A stretch of 64,000 nt of DNA from contig OZ242214.1 in assembly GCA_965206595.1 (NCBI GenBank), forward strand, positions 5,760,001-5,824,000. The letters are read 5' to 3'. Both the position numbers and the translations under genes were made by a program. Positions 32,316 through 42,417 of the stretch are shown one piece after another. The notes under the pieces are model-generated. The model was not told the origin of the DNA and did not search any database. It saw nothing but the letters and a program-made list of their open reading frames with translations. The stretch's first letter is position 1. Each line of letters begins with the position of its first letter. Origin of the DNA: Candidatus Latescibacterota bacterium. Its GTDB lineage: Bacteria; Latescibacterota; UBA2968; UBA8231.

Positions 32316-33173
32316 GGAACCTATCTCAAAATAGGCAAACTTAAACTTGTTTTCGAAATGACAGTGATGTACCATTGGTGTATGGTCAATCTGACCGACA
32401 TGCAATGGCAACGAATCCGCCATCACTTTCCTGAAGAACTTCGTCCCAAGAGCCATCCGGGTCGCAAACCGGTTTGCACCCGTGATGTTTTTGAAGCCGT
32501 TCTTTGGATTCTAAACACCGGGGCTCAATGGCATATGTTGCCGCAGTGCTATGCGAACTACAAAACCGTGCATCGCCGTTTTCAAAACTGGTGTCGTCAA
32601 GGGGTGTTGCGCGAAGTTCTCATGGACCTGGCCCAGACACTTCACGAGCAAGGGGGCCTGGACGAATCGGAGGCCTTCATCGATGGCATGTTCTCGGCGG
32701 CCAAGGGTGGAGGTGCCGATATCGGCCACACCATAGCGAGGTAAGGGGGTGCGGGTCATGGGGATCGTCGACGGCAATGGGCTTCCCTTGTCGGTGAGCA
32801 CGCATGCAGCGAACCATCATGAAGTGACGCTGGTTCAGTTGACCTTTGACTTTTACCTGATCGAAAACCAACCTGACAACTTGATCGGTGACAAAGCGTA
32901 CGACAGCGATTCGTTGGATGAAGAACTTAAGAAAAGCGGGATCGAGATGATCGCCCCCACATCGCCAGAATCGGACCAAGAAAAAGACTCAGGATGGACG
33001 GCGATTGCGGCGATATGTGCGGCGTTGGATGGTTGAGAGATTCTTTGCTTGGCTTCAATGGCAGCGTCGAGTGATCACTCGCTGGGAATTGTATCCGGAG
33101 AATTTTCTTGGCTTCGTCCGACTTGCATCCATTTTGATTTTACTTAAACAATCTCAATTTTGAGATAGGTTCC
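32316..33173 (+). mobile_element. IS5-family insertion sequence (~858 bp) with frameshifted transposase
   Basis: Perfect 17-bp terminal inverted repeats GGAACCTATCTCAAAAT (32316-32332 / 33157-33173); LTDMQW, WILNTGAQW, FIDG, GDKAYDSD, RRWMVERFFAW; lower GC. Confidence 0.92.
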
Positions 33174-33664
33174 AGGTAAAATGGTCGTTTTCACAAACCA
33201 ACAGCAGTGTCCGAGAGGAAAACGGCAAAGCGCCCGGTGTCTGCGAGACAGTGTCCCCGGCATCGGGTGGCGCCTATGTTTTTGGGGGCCCGTCAGATTC
33301 GGTGCCGGGCCGGAAGCTCCGGAGGCCGGCCGGGGAAGTCGGACAGGCTATTTTACACGACACCAAAGGGCGTTGGCGAACCGCACTGGAGTCTGTAAAA
33401 CGCTTTGTCCTGAAGAGGGGATCGCCGGGGCGTTCGCTGTCGAGACGCCGGGCCCCGGTAAGGGGAAGGGCTGACGAAGAAGGGGGCGCCCGCAAAAAAA
33501 TCGGTTGACAAGGCCTGGGTTTTTTAGTTCGCAACGGCAGCCGAAGGGACCGGCATCCGGCGGCTGCTCCGCGGACTTGATGCCGAGGCGCAGTATCGAT
33601 TCGAGAAGGAAAGAGGCAGTGAACGGACAATCCGGCGGGCTACCAAGATAGGAGGATCAAGGTC

Positions 33665-33874
33665 GTGCGCCGAATCTCGTTCCATATCAAACCCTCCACT
33701 GTGATCGCCCATCCTCGAACAGACTGCAGATACTCGCACAGTCATCACAGCAGCAGCTCGGGCTATTGCGCCTACACCTGCACCCTCTTGGGGCACGGGA
33801 ATTCCTACTTTTCCTTGCATCCACAGGTTCACGGCCCGACCGCAACGTGCGGAACCTGCAAGTGCCAGGGCTAG
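33665..33874 (+). CDS. Small Cys/His-rich peptide (69 aa), unknown function
   Basis: AGGAGG RBS before GTG; 6 Cys and many His; enclosed by an 18-bp inverted repeat. Confidence 0.45.
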   Translation: MRRISFHIKPSTVIAHPRTDCRYSHSHHSSSSGYCAYTCTLLGHGNSYFSLHPQVHGPTATCGTCKCQG

Positions 33875-33982
33875 AGTAAATCGGCATCAAGTCTGCGGTG
33901 GCGGACGAGTGATCGATTCATCGAGGTGGATCGAATGCTCGTCCGCTTTTTTTCTGCAATCCATTTAAAGAGAAGGGCAACA

Positions 33983-34762
33983 ATGACCTCTGCCTGCCGC
34001 ATGCTATGTCTCACCGTCTTTTCTCTCTGCCTGCCGGGACTGGTTGCTGCCCACGTAGGCGCCCGCGTATACCCAATCGCCTACCTCAGCGACGACATGC
34101 TGGAACAGATCGACCTCAAGGACGGCTCGGTAGAGGAGTGGTATGAGGTGGTCGGGGAGCCGTCCATGACTCTGCTGGACTTCGGCGAGGGAGACCTGGG
34201 ACCGCTCGATCCGTCTGATCTGGATTTCCGTATCTGGCTGGCCTGGCACGACAATCCGGCTCGCTTTTATCTGGCCTTTGTGAGCAGCGACGACATCTAC
34301 GAGAACAGCCACGATTACAACGTCGACGGCTTCTCTGTACAGGACGATATGAGCCTGAATGACAGCATCACCCTGGTGATCGACGGAGATCACAGCGGCG
34401 GTGCGGGCTGTAGCCTGCATTGTCCCTGGGACGTGTCAGTCGAGGCCAATAGTGGAAGTCAGAAATACGACGCCATCGCCCGCACTCTTGACGGCCCGAA
34501 CCTAGATGATCGTTGGGCCAGAGGGCCGTCCGGGTTCGCCTGGAATGCCCTGCCACCATATGGGGATGCCGGCGGCAGCGTGGCAGGAGAAAACCCGACT
34601 ATCAGCGTGATCGAACTGTATGTCACCCCGTTCGACCGCCGGATGAACCACAACATCGAAGAGAGTAGGGAGCCGGCCGGGCAGTCGGACGGGGTGGGCG
34701 GCAACAGGTTGGTGATCGGGGCAGGAAGTACCCGACCGAGGGTGACCAGGTTCAAGCGGTAA
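33983..34762 (+). pseudogene. N-terminal part of a lineage-specific secreted CBM9/DOMON-like protein, 3' end lost
   Basis: Signal peptide, IDLKDGSVEEW, DLDFRIWLAW, IDGDHSGG; diverges shortly after ISVIELYVTPFD and lacks the tail seen at 32009-32315. Confidence 0.65.
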
Positions 34763-34794
34763 GGGGAACCATCCTACGGTCAGACCTCCCTGAA

Positions 34795-36859
34795 TTACAG
34801 GCTCTTCTCGATCGCCGCTACCATTTCGTCGGTATCCCTTACCCGGGAGCAATCCACAATCACCCCCTTTGAATCCACCAGGTAGTACGAAGGTATTCCG
34901 TTGATGTTGTAGGACTCGGCCAGATCTGAGCGGAAGCCGTGCGCACGCACGTGAACGCCTTCGATTTGATGTTTTTCGATCGCGTTTCGCCAGGCGGCCT
35001 CATCCGTGTCCAGCGACAGGTTGAGGAAGACGACCGGCTGGGCGGCGGTCCTTCCCTTGATCTCGCGGAGATGGGGCAGGTCCCCGATACAGGGTCCGCA
35101 CCAGCTCGCCCAGAAATCGAGAAAGAACACCTTGCCTTTGAACTGGCTCAGCGACACCGGCTGCCCGTCGAGGTCGTGGAGGGTGAATTCCGGGGCCGGC
35201 TGTCCGGGTTGCAGCTTGAGGGCGTCGTTCAGGGCGGTTTGGACCGCCTCCGTGTATTCCGGGTGGGGGTTGATCTCCTCGAAGTCCTCCCACTTGCGGA
35301 GGGCCAAGGCAAACGCTTCGCTTCCCTGCCTGAACCCATCGATCAGCTCCCCGGCCAGAAACCAGTAGAGCACTCGCCCCTGAAGTTTCTCCTTGGCGAG
35401 ATCGTATCTCCTCGAGAAGGCCCAGATCGTCCGGGCTCCGGTGCCGGCATATATCGAGTCGAGCCGGGTCAGGTCAGGTCAGCCTCCGACAGGCCAAGAC
35501 CTGAGAGATCGATTTTTTCGGAAAGCTTGAGGGGTTGGCGATGTTCGTGGAGGGAATCGAGCTGAGCCAAGGCCTCCTGTGACAGTCCGAACTCTGACAG
35601 ATCGACCCTTTCGGATAATTTCGGCGTCTTGCTGAGAGACTCAAACTGTTCATCATGGTCCATCCCTTCTTTTTCCGGCAGGAAGAAAACCAACTCTCCG
35701 CCCGTCGTATCGACCCTGGCAACCTCTTCCTCACTTGAAGTAACGAGGCTGTAAGATCTTCCCTTCTTTTCGAAGAAAGAGTCGAGCTCTGCCTGGGCGG
35801 TTTCAGACAGGCCAACGCCGGCAGGTCGAACATCTGGGACAGCCTGAGGGATCGCTTCTTCTGGTATTGGGAGTCGAGCCGGGCCTGAGCCGCCGCCGCC
35901 AAACCGGCCGCTGACAGATCGACCATCTTCGACAGCATGGGATACCAGTCGCTTTTCTCGTACAGAGAGTCGAGTCGGCCCTGAATTTCCTCAGGAAGGT
36001 TCAGAGCGGACAGGTCGCGCAACTCGGACAGCAGGGGCAGCTTTCGCGATTCGGAGTTCTGCAACTCCCAGTCCAGGGTCCGCACAAGAAATGTGTGATA
36101 ACTGTCTGCCTTTATTGCCTTTTCGTCTACCAGCGGAATCTCCTGCAGGAAGTCGTAGTACTCCGGTGCGATATCTCTGTTCTTGTGGCCGTTGGCAAAG
36201 TAGAAATTCGTCGGATATGGAATCATGGATCTTGCCCACCCATAGTTGAAATAGGCGGTTGCATAGTCGACGAAACCCGGAGACAGCGAGTATTTCCCAC
36301 GCCCCTCGGCCAGGAACTCGAGCTGCTCCCGACGCCGCTCGTCTACCTGCCGCTTGAAGTCCTCGACCTCCAGATCCTCGTATTCGAGGTGAAAGTGGAG
36401 AAAGCGCGGAATCCACTCGGCAATGAAGCGGCTGTTGTCGGCGTTGGCACCGCTGAACGAGTAGGAGGGGCCGAAGTAGCCGGCGTCGATCGTGATGTGC
36501 AGACTGTCCCGGGGCTCGACGAAGAAGACCAGGGGATTGTGATCGAAGAGGAAGGACCCCATCCAGCGCACCCACTTCCATCCGGGTTAGCCGCTGTCGT
36601 AATACCCCATGACCAGAGTGCCCCGGCTGACGGGCAGCTCAAAAGTGAATCGGTTCAGGCTGTCGAGAGCGACGCCCTCGTCGGAGCTGCCCAGGCCGGA
36701 CGGCGGCGTGAAAGTGAAGGCGACTTCCCGCGAGGCCGGGTTGCGGACTTCCCCGGTGATGGTCGCGACTGATGGCTGGCTCTGGGCGTCTTCAGCTGCC
36801 AGGCAGGTGCTCGATGCGGTCAGGGCGGCAACAAGGAAGCTGCAGAATCGGTGGGCCAT
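34795..36859 (-). pseudogene. TlpA/ResA-family thiol-disulfide oxidoreductase with long repeat-containing N-terminus, frameshifted
   Basis: C-terminal PAPEFTL...DFWASWCGPC...GIPSYYLVD; signal peptide MAHRF; pieces in at least 4 frames. Confidence 0.8.
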
Positions 36860-37007
36860 GGGGAAAAGCTCCGGAATCAGGTCGGGGGATGCGGGAACGA
36901 AGGGACTCCGCCGCGGGCACAAGGAAAAGGCTGTCGCGGAAGTAGTCCCGCATTGCGCGGCCATCCAATGCCAAACAAGAAAGGGGCATATCAAGTGGGG
37001 GATCTCT

Positions 37008-39108
37008 TCAGTCGTTCTGCGGAGTTTTGAAAATGACCAGGTGGTTATTCATGACCGCGCAGATGTGATCCCCCGCCAGAATGAGGTTGTGACGCCCCCG
37101 ATAGTTGAAGGGAAGGATGTAATCCCCGGACGTTATGCGCGAGTGTCCGTGGCTCTCGTTGAATTGGTAGATGAATTGGTCGCTGAAGTCGCCCGTTATA
37201 TCATGAATTTTGGCGGATTCCCTTTGGTCTATTTTGCCCAGTTTCTCCCGTTGCCATATGGCGCCGTACCAGGTCACCGCGTATGACCATATCCCGTTCC
37301 AGGCCCAGCCATAGGCGAAATCGCCGTCCATGGTCAGTCGAGGGAACTTCCCAGGGATGTAATCGACCTCCACCGGCTGCAGTGGATCGGTTATGTCGAT
37401 CACGGCCAGCTCCCCGGGCCGGTGCCGCTGGACGTAGGCTCTGTTCCCGTCTACGGATATGGGGCCCAGTCCCGGCGGCCGGGCGATCCGGTAAAAAACG
37501 TACTCCCCTTCGGGAGTCAGCTCCCGCATCTCCAGGGATTCCAGCATATGGCCTGCATCTTCCAGCTTCTGTGCGATGGATTCCGGAAGAACCCCGGGAG
37601 ACAGCCGGTGATGCAGCTTTTCGATGGATTCTTCATACTGCCTGGAGCGTCCGAAGCGGCGGAGGGGGGTCCTGCTCAGCTCTACAGGACGCCCGGGATC
37701 CGTCAGATCCAGGACGACGAAATCGCCGTCCATGGTCAGTCGAGACGTGGGAGCCGGCAAAGTGCATTTCCCCGTCGTAACCCCAGGCATGTCTGATTCT
37801 CTCTTCGACGGGCAGAACGTGGACCGGTTGGGGCAGTCCTGCTTCCCGCACGTCGAAGCTGTGCAGCTCGAGGAGCTCGCTGCCGAGCAGGCACGCGTAC
37901 AGGTATCCCTCCCGGACGGCCCACCCCGTCAGCCGGGGAGTTCGTTTCAACCAGGGGGTGGGACCTGACTCGATTGGATGGAGAAGGCGCTGCCCTTGCA
38001 GCCGGGGACGTTCGGGCCTGCCGAGGTCGAATACCGCCACCCCCACGCTGTCTTTGGCCGATCCCCAGACATAGGCGGTGGTACCGGAAAGGGCCAGCCT
38101 CCAGAGCAGCCAGCCGTCGATCTCCGCTCGCCCTGTCTCCTTCGGCGACTGCCAGTCCGCCACGTCCACCACGCTCACTCCGTTCTCCAGCAGCACAACC
38201 GCGGATCGGTCTTTCAGGGCCAGATCTGCAACCGGTACTTCGTAGGGAAGGCCGCCCACCGGCTCGATCGGGTCATCCTCGCGGTGGGACTGTGTCGCAT
38301 CCATCGCGAGCACGATGGCCCCGGAGACCAGGGCGAGCGTGGTCATACCCCACTGGAATCGCCTGCTGGCCTGCGCTCTCAACGCCAGGGCAGACCACAG
38401 AAGGGCGCCCCCTGCTATCAGGGCGGCAGCCGCAAGCTTTGGCCAACAGGAGCGATGGATCGAGGGCCAGACGCAGGATCTGGCCTGTTAGATCGATGAC
38501 CAGGATCCGCGTGATGAAATACGAGACAGCAGGGGACAGTTGGGAACCTGTCCCCAGGAAGAATAAAGCGACCCACCCCAACATAAGGGCGACAGCTATT
38601 GCCTTCAGGGGCCGGCCGGTAAACGAGGAGGAAAGGAACACCAGGGTGTGCAGGATCACGTAAGGGAATAACCAGAGCAGCAGGATGCGTGCGATCCCCA
38701 CCTCCTGCAGGATCTCCTGCAACCCGGAATTCCGGAGGAATTTTAGAGATGAACCCTGGTAAAACCACCACAGGAAGTTGGGTTTTCCCCATTCCGGCAA
38801 TCCGAGGTATACCCCTGCCCAGAACGAGGCCAACACCGCGAGCATCCCCGCAGCCGTCCAGGAGCCAGCGGCCGGCTCAGCAGAAAGGGCATTGTCCCCC
38901 TGCCGCGCTCCCCGGCAACCAGGTCGATGCCCATGGTCACGGCGGCCAGCAGGCTTACCAGATAGCTCACAGCAACAAGGGGATACTCGTTGTTGAAGAC
39001 CGGGTGGAGATAGGCCAACCCGAGGAGTATAGCCACGCAGGAGCCGGCGCCGACCTTGTAAACCGCTTCCCGTCCTTCTTTCCACAGCAGAGCTCGTATG
39101 GGGTTCAT
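37008..39108 (-). pseudogene. ABC-2-type permease fused to LVIVD-like repeats, frameshifted
   Basis: MNPIRALLWKEGRE, GERGRGTMPFLLSRP; VSVVDVAD..P, VAVFDLGRP, LAVIDITDP repeats in several frames. Confidence 0.7.
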
Positions 39109-40001
39109 GACGCGCCTCCTGCGGTGCGGACGTATGCCACGAAAGCATCCTCCAGGCCTAAATCTTCCACCTCGACGATGCGTCCGCCCTGCGCCTCGAT
39201 CCGGGCGGTCTGTTCCCCGCCGTACCCCACCACCGTCAACAGCCGCTGCGCGCCCGTTCCCTGCACCTCCCGCAATTCTGGAATACCGGTCAATGGACCC
39301 GCACCATCGGGCATGCGCACCGCAACCCGCTTTACCGACTGCTTCACGTCGTCGACCGGGCCTTCCACCACAAGGCGGCCCTGCTCGATGATGGCGACCC
39401 GATCGGCGACTCGCTCCACCTCGTGTACGAGGTGCGACGACAGGAAGACGGTGCGTCCCTCCTCCTGGATGAGCCCGATGATGCTCTCGAGGAAATCGCG
39501 CCGGACCACCACGTCCAGCCCGGAGGCCGGCTCGTCGAGGATCAGCAGGGGCGGCTCGTGCCCCAGGGCCAGAGCGAGCGCGAGCTGGGCGTTCATGCCG
39601 CGGGACAGGTGCTTGACCTTCTGCTCGCGGTCGAGGCCGAATCGGTCGATCAGTCCCTCGACCTTGCCCGGGTTCCAGGTTTCGTGGAACTGGCCGGTGA
39701 ACCAGGCCAGCTCCCGCACCTTCATCCACCCGTACATGAGCGGATTCTCCGCCACGAAGCCCACCTGCCGCCGCAGGGCCAGCGAGTCCCGCCCCGGGTC
39801 GAGCCCGAGCACCTCCACCTGCCCGGCCGTGGGGCTGAGCAGGTTCATCAGTATCCGGATGGCCGTGGTCTTGCCGGCCCCGTTGCGTCCGAGGAACCCG
39901 CAGACCGAGCCGGTTGGCACCTTGAGGTGGAGGTCCTCCACGGCGGCGCGCTTGCCGAAGCGGTGGGTCAAACCTGTCATGGCGATCGCCGTATCACTCA
40001 T
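39105..40001 (-). CDS. ABC transporter ATP-binding protein (YtrB-like)
   Basis: GRNGAGKT, LSRGM, LILDEP, SSH. Confidence 0.93.
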   Translation of the reverse strand: MSDTAIAMTGLTHRFGKRAAVEDLHLKVPTGSVCGFLGRNGAGKTTAIRILMNLLSPTAGQVEVLGLDPGRDSLALRRQVGFVAENPLMYGWMKVRELAWFTGQFHETWNPGKVEGLIDRFGLDREQKVKHLSRGMNAQLALALALGHEPPLLILDEPASGLDVVVRRDFLESIIGLIQEEGRTVFLSSHLVHEVERVADRVAIIEQGRLVVEGPVDDVKQSVKRVAVRMPDGAGPLTGIPELREVQGTGAQRLLTVVGYGGEQTARIEAQGGRIVEVEDLGLEDAFVAYVRTAGGAS

Positions 40002-40410
40002 CGATTCGCTTCCTCCCTGTCGAATCTTTTCTGCCGAACTGGCTGAGTCGCTCCCGGAATACCTCGCGCATCTCCGCCGGGCTCAGGCCCAGCTCGACGG
40101 CTTCGACGAGGGCCTTGTCGAGCAGTCGCCGCACGATTTCGAACCTTTCTTCCCGGCTCATGGTCACGGTCTTTTCGGCCACGTAGGTGCCCATGCCCCG
40201 CTTCTTGTAGATCAGCCCCCCCCGCTCCAGTTCGAGATACGCCCGCACCACGGTGTTGGGATTGATCAGGTACTGCCCGGAAAGGGCGCGCACCGAGGGG
40301 AGCTCGTCGTGCGCTCGGAGCACCCCGGTGGCGATCTGGTACTTGATCTGCTCGATGATCTGCAGATAGATGGGAACCCCGTTGCCCGGGTCTATACGAA
40401 GGTGTAGGAT
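39994..40410 (-). CDS. GntR-family regulator, YtrA subfamily (apparent ATC start)
   Basis: The frame extends upstream of the track ORF: ILHLRIDPGNGVPIYLQIIEQIK...LPSVRALS...INPNTVVRAY..LE...RGMGTYV. Confidence 0.88.
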   Translation of the reverse strand: MLHLRIDPGNGVPIYLQIIEQIKYQIATGVLRAHDELPSVRALSGQYLINPNTVVRAYLELERGGLIYKKRGMGTYVAEKTVTMSREERFEIVRRLLDKALVEAVELGLSPAEMREVFRERLSQFGRKDSTGRKRIDE

Positions 40411-40598
40411 GCCGAGGCTCCTGTATCCGCCCGATGATTCAATTGTTCAGCTGACGAGGCCGTTAACGTCCGGCCGGCAGCCCCGATGGATTTCCCCGGA
40501 CCGTGAGGGTCCAGGCATGCATCGGTCGGTGATCGTTGCTACGCTGCTGCGTGCGGCCGATGTTGCCGGCTTACCGAAAGGATTTCTCACGGTATCAG

Positions 40599-40652
40599 TG
40601 TATCGCAAAACCGATACAGCGACACTGTACGAAGCTTCATGAGTTCAGGCAA
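40599..40652 (-). promoter_or_regulatory. Promoter with YtrA-type operator for the GntR-ABC operon
   Basis: Minus strand TTGCCT-N17-TACAGT (40652-40624) followed by the palindrome TGTATCG-N6-CGATACA (40599-40618). Confidence 0.7.
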
Positions 40653-40743
40653 GCACTTTTTCCAGACGAACCAGTGCCCGCCGATTTCAAAACGAACTCG
40701 CTGTTTGCGGGAGGAACTTCACAACCAACATGGGTACAGGCGG

Positions 40744-40763
40744 TAATGCATACGTGTGCATTA
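40744..40763. promoter_or_regulatory. LacI-type operator palindrome
   Basis: TAATGCATACGTGTGCATTA with central CG and one mismatch, immediately downstream of the LacI gene. Confidence 0.6.
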
Positions 40764-40791
40764 ATGGAGAAAAAAGCTGCTCCATGATTTG

Positions 40792-41838
40792 TCATCCGCT
40801 ATTGACTGCTTTTCCCTTCGGTTTCGCTCCGCAGGATTCCCGCACGACAAGGCGGGAGTTCAAGGTTACTTGCCGGATGGTATTGTTCCCCTGCAGTTGT
40901 TCCATCATCAGGTCCATTGCGGCCGTGGCGATCTTCTCGTACGGGATTGCCAGTGTAGTCAGGGCCGGAGTCAAATAAGCCGCCACCTTCAGATCCCCGT
41001 TGCCCACCACAGCCACATCCTCAGGTACGCGAATACCCGATTCCCGCAGCCCTCGGCAAACCCCAATGGCGGTATAATCGCTGTGGCAGACGAGGGCCGT
41101 AAACCGGTCGCCGAGTTCTTTACCTCGGCGATACCCACCATCCGTGTGGCCTTCCCCGGAAGACAGGAATCCAGGTGCCAGATCGTGCTGTTTCATCGCC
41201 GTGGAGTACCCTTTGGCTTCGTCTGAAACCGGGGTGACCTGATCCCGGTCCGGTCCTCCAGGTCCGAGATATCCAATGCGGTTGTGACCCAGCGATATCA
41301 GGTGTTCGGTGGCCATGTGGAAACCGGATTCATTGTCCAGCACCACTCCGCTCAGGTTTGGAGTCGGGTAGTAGAAGGTCACGGCAGGGACCCGCTCCTT
41401 GACGGCATCGAGAATGCGTTCCGACTCCTCCGCGTAACGCCGTGTATTAATCAACAGTCCGTCAATGCCCCGGGAAATCGACTGCTTGATCTGGAGGACC
41501 TGTTCTTCTCGTGGAGCCTTACCGTCAGGAGCCACCCCCAAAACGATCTGATATCCCTGGCTGCCAGCCGCCTTCAGGAGCATATCGGTCAGAGTTCCAA
41601 ATGACTCCAGGGAGATATGGTAGGTCAGCAGGCCCAGGGTCGCGGTCTTGCGCGTGACGATAGCACGGGCCATCAGGTTGGGACTGTAGTCCATCTCAGC
41701 GGCCAGTTTTTGCACACGTTTGCGAGTCTTGTCGTTCACCAATGAAGACGCATTCAGTGACAGCGCGCGCGATACGGTCGAATGCGAAATACCCAACCGC
41801 CCTGCAATGTCCTTGATGGTAACTTGCTTTTTTTTCAT
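40792..41838 (-). CDS. LacI-family transcriptional regulator
   Basis: VTIKDIAGRLGISHSTVSRAL, YSPNLMARA, RVPEDVAVVG, PALTT, VRESC. Confidence 0.95.
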   Translation of the reverse strand: MKKKQVTIKDIAGRLGISHSTVSRALSLNASSLVNDKTRKRVQKLAAEMDYSPNLMARAIVTRKTATLGLLTYHISLESFGTLTDMLLKAAGSQGYQIVLGVAPDGKAPREEQVLQIKQSISRGIDGLLINTRRYAEESERILDAVKERVPAVTFYYPTPNLSGVVLDNESGFHMATEHLISLGHNRIGYLGPGGPDRDQVTPVSDEAKGYSTAMKQHDLAPGFLSSGEGHTDGGYRRGKELGDRFTALVCHSDYTAIGVCRGLRESGIRVPEDVAVVGNGDLKVAAYLTPALTTLAIPYEKIATAAMDLMMEQLQGNNTIRQVTLNSRLVVRESCGAKPKGKAVNSG

Positions 41839-42417
41839 TGGCGACCTGTCCCAAAAGTATAGTTAAAACATAATTTGGGCACAGGTTCAGCCGTGTTCAG
41901 GATGGCATTTACGTTATTTAGCTCTCATAAAAGTTTCCGTGAAGATGGGATGGCGTCGGGTTTTCCAACGAGCCTTGTTCCAAACTGTAGGTATTGTCAC
42001 CTGGGACCGAGCTTCGCCTGGTTTGTGTCCAAGAGGCCAATGTCAAGAATTCCAGGGACACAAGGCATAAATAAAAAGTGAATAATTAGTGAGGATAAGT
42101 ATAAAAATGTTTTGGTCGAGACTTCACATTTGATGGGAATTTTCCTGGGCTTTGGAGGAGTGTCCGAGATTGCTTTTCCAGGTTTTCCATACCCGGGGTC
42201 ATTCGGGCGTTGCGCCGGAGCGGTCAGACTTCCGGAGTTTGTGTGGGCGAATCTTCTCAAAGGGCACCCGTTTACTTCCCGTGGTTGGAATAAAGATTGT
42301 GAAAACGGTTCACGTTTTCTTTACTTTCCCGGACAACACACCTTTGCCGAGAGTCGATGGCGGTTACCGGATCAGCGGCCATTCATCGCAAAATCCGCTC
42401 CAAAGGCAGGCCGAGAC

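Noticed and set aside
33569-33898. Retron msr-msd (a1/a2-like inverted repeat)
   Set aside because: No reverse transcriptase anywhere in the window.
32009-34636. DGR template/variable repeat pair
   Set aside because: The repeat is short, the differences are synonymous rather than adenine-specific, and there is no RT.
42112-42417. N-terminal extension of the 774-aa kinase ORF
   Set aside because: AT-rich intergenic sequence with no protein-like character; the ATG at 42418 is the plausible start.
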